Assembly: GCA_965215195.1 (NCBI GenBank)
Contig: CBDCDC010000002.1
Location: forward strand, 32,001-96,000
DNA length: 64,000 nt
Origin: Candidatus Latescibacterota bacterium
GTDB lineage: Bacteria > Latescibacterota > UBA2968 > UBA8231
Direction: 5' to 3'
A model generated the notes under the pieces. It was not told the origin of the DNA, ran no database searches, and was given only the letters and a program-made list of their open reading frames with translations. Positions 51,566 through 61,321 of this stretch are shown here, piece after piece; within the stretch, counting starts at the first letter, position 1; every line of letters begins with the position of its first letter. The position numbers and the translations under genes are program-made.

Positions 51566-53137
51566 TCACTTGGCGTCGTAGCGGGCAAAGAGTCGGTTGG
51601 CGAGGACAAACAGCCCGACTGCATACAGCAACAGAGAGGTTAGCTCCGGCAAGGCGTGGCGCAGACTCCGGGCGACGGTCCAGCCGCGCTCGTGAAACCT
51701 CGGCAGGTCGCGCAGGTCGGCGCGCCAGCCGGAATCGTCGTTGAACCACTCGCGGGAGCCGAAGGCATCGCGCTCTTCGAGGAAGGTGACGATTTGCCCG
51801 CGATAGGTGCGGACTTGGGCAATGAAGTCGTAGTATTCGCGTCGGCTAGTACCGGCGAAAGCACTGGCGGCTTGGGCATAGGCTCCGGCGGGCAGGAGGC
51901 GCTGGAGATAGGCATTCCAGCGCTGGATGCGGCGGGGGAAGTTTTCGAGCAGGGGGGCTTTGGCGTTCCAGGCGGACTGGGCGTATTTCAGGCGCAGGCG
52001 CTCGCCGGTGCGGATGATGTCTTGGAACTTCGTAAGCGCGGGCGAATCGACGACATTGGATAGATAGAGCGCGGGCCTCTGCTCACCTCTAAAGTAAGCA
52101 TCAGTTCCCCCCCAAAGTTTTTTAGTCCCGCGTCCCGGCACATCCATCATCTGCTCGACCATACCTATGGGTGGGTAGCTGGTCTGGCCGTGCGTCCGAG
52201 CGAGGTCGGTAGCCTCCTGATCGAACTCCTTCCACACCTGCGCGGCTTGGTGATGGGCTTGCTCGTGCTTTTCGCCCATGTTGGCCTGCTCGTTGAGCAA
52301 GGCCGTGATGCTGTCGGGCAGCACAATCGCCAGCAATGCCCACGTAAACAGCGCGTAAATCAAGCTGGTCGCCGAGCGGTGCGTGGCGCACGAGATGGCC
52401 AGCCCAATCAGGTAGAACACCAACAGATACAGCAGCGACAGCGCCAACAGCAGCCCCAACCGCACCCACTCGCCGAGCCCGACTTCAATATACTCGGTGC
52501 CCAACAGCAAGATCGTCAGCAGGATAAAGCCCAAGACCGTTGGAATGGCCAGTGTGGTCAGGCCGGCGAGGACTTTGCCGGCGAGGACTTGGGCGCGGCT
52601 GACGTTGGTGGTCAGCATCAGCCGCAGGGTGCCGTCCTCCTTCTCGCCGGAGACGGTCTCGCTGGCGATGAGGATGGCCAGCAAGCCGAGCACGAGTTGG
52701 AAGATGTACACGATGTCGAAGGAGGCAAAGATGGCGAGGTAGGGATTACCCGACTGGAAGGGGGCAATCGCCTCGGTTTGGTAGGGCACCTCGAAGAGCA
52801 GGACCTTGACGGCCTGCCCCACCTCTTGTTCGATGCCCTGGGCGAACACCTGTAGGGTGCGCGGGGGCCGTAGAGCACGCGGGGCCGCCTTGTCAATGAG
52901 TGCATCGGTGACCGGTTGGGATAAGTCATTCCCTAGGGCTGAATAATAGGTGATTTCGTGGAATTTGTTGTCTTCAACAGCCCGCTGGGTGAGGTAACTG
53001 GCCTTTTTCTGGACATAAGCCTGGCTGGTGAGCAGACCGTTGGCGATGATGAGCACCACCGCGAGGGCGGTGCAGGCGGCGAAGCGCTGGCTGAGCAGAT
53101 GGCTGAGCATCTCTTTTTTGAACACAATGCCGATCAT
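51566..53137 (-). CDS. ABC-2-like permease type A, copy 3
   Basis: Paralog with diverged loop patches. Confidence 0.85.
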   Translation of the reverse strand: MIGIVFKKEMLSHLLSQRFAACTALAVVLIIANGLLTSQAYVQKKASYLTQRAVEDNKFHEITYYSALGNDLSQPVTDALIDKAAPRALRPPRTLQVFAQGIEQEVGQAVKVLLFEVPYQTEAIAPFQSGNPYLAIFASFDIVYIFQLVLGLLAILIASETVSGEKEDGTLRLMLTTNVSRAQVLAGKVLAGLTTLAIPTVLGFILLTILLLGTEYIEVGLGEWVRLGLLLALSLLYLLVFYLIGLAISCATHRSATSLIYALFTWALLAIVLPDSITALLNEQANMGEKHEQAHHQAAQVWKEFDQEATDLARTHGQTSYPPIGMVEQMMDVPGRGTKKLWGGTDAYFRGEQRPALYLSNVVDSPALTKFQDIIRTGERLRLKYAQSAWNAKAPLLENFPRRIQRWNAYLQRLLPAGAYAQAASAFAGTSRREYYDFIAQVRTYRGQIVTFLEERDAFGSREWFNDDSGWRADLRDLPRFHERGWTVARSLRHALPELTSLLLYAVGLFVLANRLFARYDAK

Positions 53138-53155
53138 GATGCGGCTCCTAGATTG

Positions 53156-53190
53156 GAAGCGGTCTCCGAGCCTAGCGTGGAGACCGCTTC
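53156..53190. terminator. Intergenic stem-loop between H3 and permease A3
   Basis: GAAGCGGTCTCC...GGAGACCGCTTC. Confidence 0.5.
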
Positions 53191-53214
53191 GCTCGCGTTG
53201 GCTACAAGGCTGGA

Positions 53215-54084
53215 TTACGTGGACGAAAATAACAAAAGAACCGGCGCGTTATTCGGCGCGAAGGCTTCTACAAGACGCCACATATCCTGCTCTGGACTCC
53301 AGATGAGGCGTACGAAAAACGGGTGGCGCACCGGCCCCTTTTCAAAGTCGGCGAACTCTTCAGGCGCTTCGGCAATGAACATGAACTCGGCCGCGACCCA
53401 CTGCTCGCCCGCCTTTAGCCTTTCTTCAAGCTCTTTTCTCAGCTTGGGGGACCACCCCATCTGGCCTCCCATAGGGAGCAGGCCGTGGGTCGTGGCGTAG
53501 TTTGCATAGCTCTCATACGCCCCTTGCAGTTCAACTATTCTGTACGCGCTGTCGAAAAAGGAGGCGTTGCCGAAGAAGTAATCGCACCCCTTCATGTTGA
53601 GGCCGAACCTGTGCATGGCTTTGAAGAGGGCAAAGGGCGTATCGTCAACAGGCTGCTGGGGAATCTCCATCCCCATTGACTTTAGCCGGGCGGCTGCGGG
53701 GCCGCTTTCAAAGGCTGCAAATTGCGCTTTGATCTTCTGTATTCCGTCGGGATTATTGACGCCTTCGCGGAGGTAAAACGCGGCGGCGAGGCTGTCGCTG
53801 CCGGAGACGGAAAAGGCGACGAGAAAGTCATAGAGCCAGTTGTGCAGGTCAGCTTCTTGCTCGGAGGTGATGGGGACGTCTGGCTTGACGGGGATGGCTT
53901 CGACAGCCTGCTGCAACGCAGCCCCGGCCTCAACCGGGATCATATCCAAACTGTGGATGTAGTCGAGATAGGCTTGGTGTCCGTCGGCATCGGGTGAAAA
54001 GCCGCCGTACTGGGGCTTAGGCTCGGCGGCCGTGCTGACGGCGAACCAAGCGGTGATCAGGGCGAAAATGGCTACGAGTTTCAT
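53215..54084 (-). CDS. Unrecognised secreted family, paralog H3
   Basis: Family motifs plus a central insertion. Confidence 0.85.
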   Translation of the reverse strand: MKLVAIFALITAWFAVSTAAEPKPQYGGFSPDADGHQAYLDYIHSLDMIPVEAGAALQQAVEAIPVKPDVPITSEQEADLHNWLYDFLVAFSVSGSDSLAAAFYLREGVNNPDGIQKIKAQFAAFESGPAAARLKSMGMEIPQQPVDDTPFALFKAMHRFGLNMKGCDYFFGNASFFDSAYRIVELQGAYESYANYATTHGLLPMGGQMGWSPKLRKELEERLKAGEQWVAAEFMFIAEAPEEFADFEKGPVRHPFFVRLIWSPEQDMWRLVEAFAPNNAPVLLLFSST

Positions 54085-54143
54085 GGTGTTCTCCTTGTCG
54101 AGATGGCTAGACGCCGTTGGTCATAGGTTTGTGCTAAGGCCGA

Positions 54144-54989
54144 TTACATGTAGTCAATCAGAAAAAAATGCGACAGTCGAGAGTTATAAAAAGCCTCTAC
54201 AAAGCGCCACGTAGCCCGCTCTGGGTCCCAAGCCAGCCGGAAAAAGAGGGGGGTGCGTATCTGTGCTGCAAACCACCCGGCGGACTCTTCGGGCTCTTCG
54301 GTAATGAACATGATGTCGGTAAAGACCCACTGCTCGCCCGCCTGTAGAGCGGCCTCAATATCTTCCCTCAATTTGGGCTCGTTCCCATACACTGGCCCGG
54401 CAACCACCATGCCGTGGGCCCGGGCGTAGGCCAGATAACTCTCGTAAGTGCCCTGCATCTCGAACACCTTGAATACACTATGGAGAAAGGACACATTTCC
54501 AAAGCGGTATTCATAGTCTTTGTTGTCGAGTGTGGCTCTGTGCTTGGCTTGGAAGAGGGCCAAGGGCGTATCGCCTTTTAGGAGTCCCCGACGCTCTAGA
54601 TCTTTTTTTATTTTTTCTAGGGCATCGGGGTTATTGACGCCTTCGCGCAAGTAAAACTGGGCGGCGAGGCTGTCGCTGCCGGAGACGGAAAAGGCGACGA
54701 GAAAGTCGTAGAGCCAGGTGCGCAGGTCAGCTTCTTGCTCGGAGGTGATGGGGACGCCCGGCTCAACGGGGATGGTTGCTACGGCCTGCTGTAGCTCGGG
54801 GCCCGCCTTGACCTTCATCATCTCCAAGCTGTGGAGATAGTCGATATTGACTTGGAGGCTGTCAGGGTGCGGCGAGAAGCCGCCGTACTGGCGTTTGAGC
54901 TCGGCAGCAACGCTGGAGACGCCGAGATAGATGGCGACCAAAGCAAGATATAGGGTGCGAATGGCCAGCCGGATGATGCGCATCTTCAT
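54144..54989 (-). CDS. Unrecognised secreted family, paralog H4, with a peptide-leader-like N-terminus
   Basis: Starts MKMRIIRLAI, then family motifs. Confidence 0.85.
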   Translation of the reverse strand: MKMRIIRLAIRTLYLALVAIYLGVSSVAAELKRQYGGFSPHPDSLQVNIDYLHSLEMMKVKAGPELQQAVATIPVEPGVPITSEQEADLRTWLYDFLVAFSVSGSDSLAAQFYLREGVNNPDALEKIKKDLERRGLLKGDTPLALFQAKHRATLDNKDYEYRFGNVSFLHSVFKVFEMQGTYESYLAYARAHGMVVAGPVYGNEPKLREDIEAALQAGEQWVFTDIMFITEEPEESAGWFAAQIRTPLFFRLAWDPERATWRFVEAFYNSRLSHFFLIDYM

Positions 54990-55147
54990 AACGAACTCCG
55001 TTACGTAGGTTTGCTGCGTTGTCTCGGAGGCGATCTCCGAGGTGAAGCACTGGCTACTAAGGCTGCAAGCCCAAGCCAGTTGAGACGATGTGCTTCATAA
55101 GCGTTCCCTCCTTTCTGTTGTGGGTTGCTGCTTCTGTAGGCATTATT

Positions 55148-55163
55148 GCAATTATCGTGCCAA
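55148..55163 (-). promoter_or_regulatory. sigma54 promoter, unit 4 (UAS at 55307-55368)
   Basis: TTGGCACGATAATTGC. Confidence 0.88.
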
Positions 55164-55502
55164 TGAATGGCCAGCGGGCGATAATCGCGCCGATTCCTTT
55201 GATTTTATACATCCTAACTGACTGTTATACAATACTTTATAAAAAATGAGCTAATTTCCTTGCTCGTCTCTCAGGCTCTTTGCGATGCTTGCTTGACGCC
55301 CTAAAAGTGCGCGGATATATCGCACAAGTGCGTCTAATCATCGCGTTTAGTGCGTCTAATCATCGCACCGGGGGACTATTGATTGCGGCGTAGGCCCTGT
55401 TCAGTGGAACGGTGCCGCCGCCTGCTGAGGCCGTGTCGGACGGCGTTGGTGGAAGGGGAGAGAGGTTGGTGCGGGGGTGGCGGTCTATGGGGAAGGCGTT
55501 TG

Positions 55503-55543
55503 GGTCAAGCGGCCATGGCCTTCAGGACCGCGGGGCTCTGCAT
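55503..55543 (-). pseudogene. Remnant of the TPR gene 3' end
   Basis: GTCAAGCGGCCATGGCCTT-AGGACCGC matches 46447 onward. Confidence 0.65.
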
Positions 55544-55576
55544 CGAGGCGCGCCGCCGCCACCCATTCGGCGACCT

Positions 55577-57028
55577 TTAGACAATACTGGTCCGCAGCCA
55601 TGCTCGGTAGGCGAGCATGTAGGTGAGCGTGGCGAAGAAGAAGAGACCGATGACATCGACAACCGCGTGCCGCAGCAAGGTCGTCGCCGACAGGTTCTCG
55701 GTGAAAATCGGCAGGGTGTCGGGATCGATTTTCTGCCGCGACAGCCCTTGGGCGACGAGGGGGATGTGCATGCTTTTGGGATCGTCGCGGTCGCGGGTGA
55801 GCATGGTCTGCTCAAACTGCTGGACGTAAGTACGCGCCTGCTCAACAAAGCTTTTGTGGCGCGCCAGTCCGGTGCCGGCGAGCGCCTCCATGCCGTACTG
55901 AAAGCAGCCTGCTGGCGACAGGCGCACGATGTGGCGGGCGTTTTCGACCTCGCCGAGGCTGTGAGCCAAAAAGCGGTTTTCGCGGTCTTGGTGAAACTGG
56001 CGCACGGCGCGTTGGGCGTCGGCCAACTGGCGCACTTTTTCGGGGTTTCTCAGATCGCGATTCCGCAATTTACGTTTAAGGTCAAGAAGTTTATCGTGGG
56101 CTGGCGTATTATTGTTTGCGAAGCCCCATCCCAGTACCAACTCCTCCTCGAATTCGCTGATCAACACACGGGCGGCCAATGCACCGCCGGTGGCCGGCCA
56201 GAGCAACGCCCCACAAGTCCACAGCAACAGCACGCCCACCAAGCTGGAGCGCGTACTGCTGCTCCGTATCGACACCCATAGCCCCAAGCCGACAAAGCAG
56301 GCCAGATACAGCAGCGACAGGCCGACCATGCCGACCAAGCGCCCGGCCTCGACCAGACCCAAGTTCACCTTTGAGAGCGCGAGGATGATGAGCAAGTTGA
56401 CGACGATGGCGAGGCTGAGCACGAGGGCGAGGACGAGCAATGCGCCGAGGAACTTGCCCAGCAGCAGGGTGTGGCGCGGCAGGCTCTGCGCCATGACCAG
56501 CTTGAGGGTGCCGCGCTCTTTTTCGCCGATGAAGGCGTCAAAGGTGAACAACAAGGCCATGAGGCTGAGCAGGCCGCCGATGATAAAGACCCAGTCGATG
56601 GCTTGGGTCTCCAGCAGTTGGCTGGCCTTGGGGGCCCAGATGTCGATGATGTCCCAATAGATGAGTACAAAGGGATCGTAGAATCTGACGCTGTTGTAGG
56701 TGTTTTCCCCGCCCTGTGTCCAGAGACGCTCGGGCAGGGCGTCGTCGGCACCCGTGGCGCAGAACATGAGGGTACTGGGTTTTTTGTAGATGTACTCCTG
56801 CCCTGCATGGAGAATCAGCTTCCACAGGCCCCGCTGGGCGTTGCTGCGGCCGATTTCTTGCTCGGCTTGGACTTGCTGGAGATAGTGGTCGCGTCGGAAC
56901 TCGTAGGAGCCGCCGACAAAGCCGAGGGCGTTGAGCACCATTAGCCCCACTGTCAGCACGAGAGCCAAGCCAAAGCGCAGGCTGATGAGGTGGTCGATCA
57001 GTTCGCGTTTTACGATAGCTGCTAGCAT
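55577..57028 (-). CDS. ABC-2-like permease type B, copy 3
   Basis: Start set at MLAAIVKRE by paralog comparison and AAGGAG RBS. Confidence 0.85.
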   Translation of the reverse strand: MLAAIVKRELIDHLISLRFGLALVLTVGLMVLNALGFVGGSYEFRRDHYLQQVQAEQEIGRSNAQRGLWKLILHAGQEYIYKKPSTLMFCATGADDALPERLWTQGGENTYNSVRFYDPFVLIYWDIIDIWAPKASQLLETQAIDWVFIIGGLLSLMALLFTFDAFIGEKERGTLKLVMAQSLPRHTLLLGKFLGALLVLALVLSLAIVVNLLIILALSKVNLGLVEAGRLVGMVGLSLLYLACFVGLGLWVSIRSSSTRSSLVGVLLLWTCGALLWPATGGALAARVLISEFEEELVLGWGFANNNTPAHDKLLDLKRKLRNRDLRNPEKVRQLADAQRAVRQFHQDRENRFLAHSLGEVENARHIVRLSPAGCFQYGMEALAGTGLARHKSFVEQARTYVQQFEQTMLTRDRDDPKSMHIPLVAQGLSRQKIDPDTLPIFTENLSATTLLRHAVVDVIGLFFFATLTYMLAYRAWLRTSIV

Positions 57029-57054
57029 TGGGATATCTCCTTCTGTTGGGTCGC

Positions 57055-58629
57055 TCACATGGCGTCGTAGCGGGCGAAGAGCCGGTTGGCGAGGACAAAT
57101 AACACGGCCGCATAGAGCAACAGGACCATTAGAGCCGGCCAAGCGTGGCTCAAGCTCTCAGCGACGGTCCAGCCGCGCTCGTGAAACCTCGGCAGGTCGC
57201 GCAGGTCGGCTCGCCAGCCGGGATCGTCGTTGAACCACTCGCGGGCGCCAAACGCATCGCGGTCTTCGAGAAAGGTGATGATCTGCCCTCGGTAGGCGCG
57301 TACTTGGTCGATAAAGTCGTCGTATTCGCGTCGGCTGGTGCCGGCGAGGATGCTAGCGGCTTGGGCGTAAGCACCGGCCGGCAGGAGGCGTTGGAGTTGG
57401 GCGTTGAGGCGTTGGATGCGGCGGGGGAAGCCTTCAAGCAGGGGAGCCTTCTCGTTCCAAGCGCGCTGGGCGTATTTCAAGCGCAGCCGCTCGCCAACAC
57501 GGACGATGTCTTGGAACTTCGCCAGTGCGGGTGAATCGGCGACATTCGATACATAGAGTTGGGGCGTTTGCCCGTCTCTTGTAGAGTAGCATTTAGTTCC
57601 CTTATAGTAGGTTAGAGTCCCGCGTCCTTCCTGCGGCGGGAGCTGCTTGACCATATCTGTGGGAAAGTACTGGGTCTGGCCGTGCGCCCGTGCGAGGTCG
57701 AGAACCTCCTGATCGAACTCTTTCCACACTTGCGCGGCTTGGTGATGGGCTTGCTCGTGCTTTTCGCCCATGTTGGCCTGCTCGTTGAGTAAGGCTGAGA
57801 TGCTGTTGGGCAACACAATCGCCAGCAGTGCCCACGTAAACAGGGCGTAAATCAAGCTGGTCGCCGAGCGGTGCGTCGCGCACGAGATCACCAGCCCAAT
57901 CAGGTAGAATACCAGCAGATACAGCAGCGACAGCGCCAACAGCAAGCCCACCCGCACCCACTCGCCGATCCCGACTTCGATGTTCTCGGTGCCCAACAGC
58001 AAGATCGTCAGCAGGATGAAGCCCAAGGCCGTTGGAATGGCCAGCGTGGTCAGGCCGGCGAGGACTTTGCCGGCGAGGACTTGGGCGCGGCTGACGTTGG
58101 TGGTCAGCATCAGCCGCAGGGTGCCGTCCTCCTTCTCGCCGGAGATGGTCTCGCTGGCGATGAGGATGGCCAGCAAGCCGAGCACGAGTTGGAAGATGTA
58201 CACCATATCGAAGAAGGCAAAGAGGGCGAGGTAGGGATTGCTCGATTGGAAAGGCGAGACCTCCTCGGCTTGGTAGGGCACGTTGAAGAGCATCACCTTG
58301 ACGGCCTGCCCTGCCTGTCGTTCGGCACCTTGAGCGAACACTTGTAGGGGGCGCGGGGGCCGTAGCGCACGCGGGGCCGCCTTGGGCTTGGGACTACCGT
58401 TAGGCGACACCAACCAGTCCCAGCCTAGAACCGAATAATAGGTGATTTCGTGCAGTTTGCTGTCCTCAACAGCCCGCTGTATGAGGTAGCTGGCCTTTTT
58501 GTGGACATAGGTCTGAGTAGAGAGCACGCCGTTGGCGATAATGAGCACCACGGCGAGGGCGGTGCAAGCGGCGAAGCGCTGGCTGAGCAGGTGGCTGAGC
58601 ATCTCTTTTTTGAACACAATGCCGATCAT
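57055..58629 (-). CDS. ABC-2-like permease type A, copy 4
   Basis: Most diverged type A paralog. Confidence 0.85.
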   Translation of the reverse strand: MIGIVFKKEMLSHLLSQRFAACTALAVVLIIANGVLSTQTYVHKKASYLIQRAVEDSKLHEITYYSVLGWDWLVSPNGSPKPKAAPRALRPPRPLQVFAQGAERQAGQAVKVMLFNVPYQAEEVSPFQSSNPYLALFAFFDMVYIFQLVLGLLAILIASETISGEKEDGTLRLMLTTNVSRAQVLAGKVLAGLTTLAIPTALGFILLTILLLGTENIEVGIGEWVRVGLLLALSLLYLLVFYLIGLVISCATHRSATSLIYALFTWALLAIVLPNSISALLNEQANMGEKHEQAHHQAAQVWKEFDQEVLDLARAHGQTQYFPTDMVKQLPPQEGRGTLTYYKGTKCYSTRDGQTPQLYVSNVADSPALAKFQDIVRVGERLRLKYAQRAWNEKAPLLEGFPRRIQRLNAQLQRLLPAGAYAQAASILAGTSRREYDDFIDQVRAYRGQIITFLEDRDAFGAREWFNDDPGWRADLRDLPRFHERGWTVAESLSHAWPALMVLLLYAAVLFVLANRLFARYDAM

Positions 58630-58660
58630 GGTGCATCTCCTTAGGAAAGGGACTTAGTGG

Positions 58661-59325
58661 TCAAGCGGCCATAGCCTTAATGACCGCTTGGCTCTGCATC
58701 TCCATACCGAGCTGCTTAAACAGACGCAACGCCGCCACCCATTCTGCCAACGCCCGTTGCTTGTTGCCATCCTGTTTCGCGTACAGATTGCCCAAGGATA
58801 CGTAGTTGAAAGCCTGCATCCGCGCGTTCCCTAGCTGTCGGCACAAGTCCATAGAAGCCTGTATATGCCGTTGTGCCATCGCGAGGTCGCCCGCTGTCAT
58901 GTAGAGGTCGGCCAGCAGCGTCGCCATGCCACAGCGGCCTTGGGCATGCCCCTGCGCCACGTAGATGCTCAAGGCTTCGTTGCCGTTGCTCAAGGCGCGG
59001 TCTATGTGGCCTAAGTTGCGGCAGACCGAAGCAATGGAGCCGAGTTGCAGGGCTACTTCAAGGGGCGTCCCTTGCTGCCGGGCGGCGGCGAGGCCGGCCG
59101 TGAAGTGGTGCAGGGCTTGCGCTGAGTCGCCGCGGCGCAGGGCCAGTTGCCCCAAGCTGTTGAGCAGGTTGCCCGGCACGTCGTCGTCGTAGAGGGCGCG
59201 GCTGCGCTGGAGCCACTGTTGGGCTTCCGCCAAATCGTTCTGCTGCATGTAGAGGTTGCCCATGTTGTTGGCCATCTTGGCGGCGAGGGCGGCATCGCCG
59301 CCTTGTTGGGCATTAGCTTGTTCAT
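58661..59325 (-). pseudogene. Deletion fusion of the DUF1573 gene start to the 3' part of the TPR gene
   Basis: 59311-59348 resembles 48391-48429; the rest is nearly identical to 46448-47098. Confidence 0.8.
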
Positions 59326-59357
59326 GATCTTTCTCCTGCGTTAGTGGTAAGGGTGGA

Positions 59358-60191
59358 TTACATGACGTTAAAGAGAAAGTTCTGCGGTACGCCGCGGATG
59401 AAATAGACTTCTACATGGCGCCACATAGCCTTGTCTGGGTCCCAAGCCAGCCGAAAGAAGAACGCGCTGCGCCCCGGCCCCTCAAACCCGGCGAACTCCT
59501 CGGGCTCTTCAATGATGAACATGACCTCGGCAAAGACCCACTGCTCGCCCGCCTGCAGGCGCTCCTCAACCTCGCTCTTCATTTTAGGGATGGAACTCGA
59601 TATGTTCGTATTAGGCAACATGCGGCGGAGCATAAGGGATATGACATAAGAACTGTATTCCGCCTGCATCTTGGACACCTTGAACGCGCTGTCGAAAAAG
59701 GACACCTTTTCCAAGTAGTAGTCGCGCTCATTCCTGTTGAGCATTTCTCTGTGCCCAGCTTGGAAGATAGCCAAAGGCGTATCGCCTTTTAGGAGGCCCT
59801 TACTCTCAAGCCTCTTTTTTAGTTCCTCTACTCCGTCGGGGTTATTGACGCCCTCGCGGAGGTAAAAGGCGGCGGCGAGGCTGTCGCTGCCCGAGGCCGA
59901 AAAGGCCACGAGGAAATCGTAGAGCCAGTCGCGCAGGTCGGCTTCTTGCTGAGGGGTGATGGAAATGTCCGGCTCGACGGGGATAGCTTCAACGGCACTC
60001 TGCAACTCGGGGCCGGCCTCGACCGGGATCATATCCAAACTGTGGATGTAGTCGAGATAGGCTTGGTAGCCATCGGCGTCGGACGAAAAGCCACCGTACT
60101 GGGGCTGGGGATCGGCCGCAGTAGTGCTGGAGATGCCGAAATAGACGGCGAGTAGGGCGAAACGCAGGGCGGGAATGGTCAGCTTTTTCAT
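59358..60191 (-). CDS. Unrecognised secreted family, paralog H5
   Basis: Family motifs. Confidence 0.85.
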   Translation of the reverse strand: MKKLTIPALRFALLAVYFGISSTTAADPQPQYGGFSSDADGYQAYLDYIHSLDMIPVEAGPELQSAVEAIPVEPDISITPQQEADLRDWLYDFLVAFSASGSDSLAAAFYLREGVNNPDGVEELKKRLESKGLLKGDTPLAIFQAGHREMLNRNERDYYLEKVSFFDSAFKVSKMQAEYSSYVISLMLRRMLPNTNISSSIPKMKSEVEERLQAGEQWVFAEVMFIIEEPEEFAGFEGPGRSAFFFRLAWDPDKAMWRHVEVYFIRGVPQNFLFNVM

Positions 60192-60233
60192 GGTATTTCC
60201 TCCAGTTAAGTAGTGGTTTGTGGCAGGACTGGT

Positions 60234-61064
60234 TTACGTGGCGCCGAACGAGAACGCAACCGGCGCGTTATTAGACGTGAAAATTTCTACCAAACGCCAC
60301 ATACTCCGCTCGGGATCCCAGACCTGTCGCACGAAAAACGGGGCGCGTATTGCCCCCTCGAAGTCAGCAAACTCTTCGGGCTCTTCGACGATGAACAGGA
60401 CATCGGCAAAGACCCGCTGCTCGTCCGCTTGCAGGGCTGCCGCGACCTCGCGCATCAGCTTGGGGGGCCACCCCATCAAGCCCCAGGGAAGCAGGCCGTG
60501 GGACTTGGCGTATTCCATATAGCTTTCATACCCCCCTTGCTTCTCGAACACGCGGTACACACTGTCGAAAAAGGATGCGTTTCCGAGGAAATAATCGCGC
60601 CCCTTAAAGTCGAGATTTTCTCTGTATGCGGCTTTGAATACGGCCAAGGGCGTATCGCCTTTTAGGAGGCCCTTACTCTCAAGCCTCTTTTTCAGTTCCT
60701 CTACTCCGTCGGGGTTATTGACGCCCTCGCGGAGGTAAAAGGCGGCGGCGAGGCTGTCGCTGCCCGAGGCCGAAAAGGCGACGAGGAAATCGTAGAGCCA
60801 GGCGCGCAGGTTGGCTTCTTGCTGGGGGGTGATGGAAATGTTCGCCTCGACGGGGATAGCTTCAACGGTGCTCTGCAACTCGGGGCCGGCCTCGACCGGG
60901 ATCATATCCAAACTGTGGATGTAGTCGAGATAGGCTTGGTGGCCGTCGGCATCGGGCGAAAAGCCGCCGTACTGGGGCTGGGGATCGGCCGCGGCTGCGT
61001 TGGAGAGGGCGAACCAGATGGTCAGCAGGGCGAAAGACAGGGTGCTAATGGCTAAGGGTTTCAT
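60234..61064 (-). CDS. Unrecognised secreted family, paralog H6
   Basis: Start at MKPLAI after AAGGAG. Confidence 0.85.
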   Translation of the reverse strand: MKPLAISTLSFALLTIWFALSNAAAADPQPQYGGFSPDADGHQAYLDYIHSLDMIPVEAGPELQSTVEAIPVEANISITPQQEANLRAWLYDFLVAFSASGSDSLAAAFYLREGVNNPDGVEELKKRLESKGLLKGDTPLAVFKAAYRENLDFKGRDYFLGNASFFDSVYRVFEKQGGYESYMEYAKSHGLLPWGLMGWPPKLMREVAAALQADEQRVFADVLFIVEEPEEFADFEGAIRAPFFVRQVWDPERSMWRLVEIFTSNNAPVAFSFGAT

Positions 61065-61217
61065 GGTATTCTCCTTGTTCTTGGGTTTGTCGTTGTTTCG
61101 GCGGCGAGTGGTCGGCTGAACCACTCGCCGCCGATCGGGTTGCTCCGGGGTAGCGGCGATTAGGCCACTATCCCGGAGCGCGAAATGCCCATTCGTGCAT
61201 TAGGCGTCAATGCAAAA

Positions 61218-61272
61218 AAAGCCGAGGGCGTTGAGCACCATCAGCCCCACTGTCAGCACGAGGGCTAAGCTA
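61218..61272 (-). pseudogene. Small remnant of the permease type B 5' region
   Basis: AAAGCCGAGGGCGTTGAGCACCAT-AGCCCCACTGTCAGCACGAG matches ~56918-56965. Confidence 0.7.
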
Positions 61273-61321
61273 ATCTCCTTGCTTTTCAGGTTGATAGCTT
61301 ATATCGGAAGTGGTCTGCGAC

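Noticed and set aside
44045-51570. Pure assembly artefact explaining identical peptides P2 and P3
   Set aside because: Flanks carry scattered substitutions and different downstream genes, favouring a real recent duplication. Long reads are still needed to exclude strain mosaicism.
41904-51624. ORFs over the promoter/UAS regions (41904-42167, 44589-44900, 51313-51624) and antisense ORFs over the peptides
   Set aside because: They overlap clear regulatory motifs or real genes and recur only because the DNA is duplicated.
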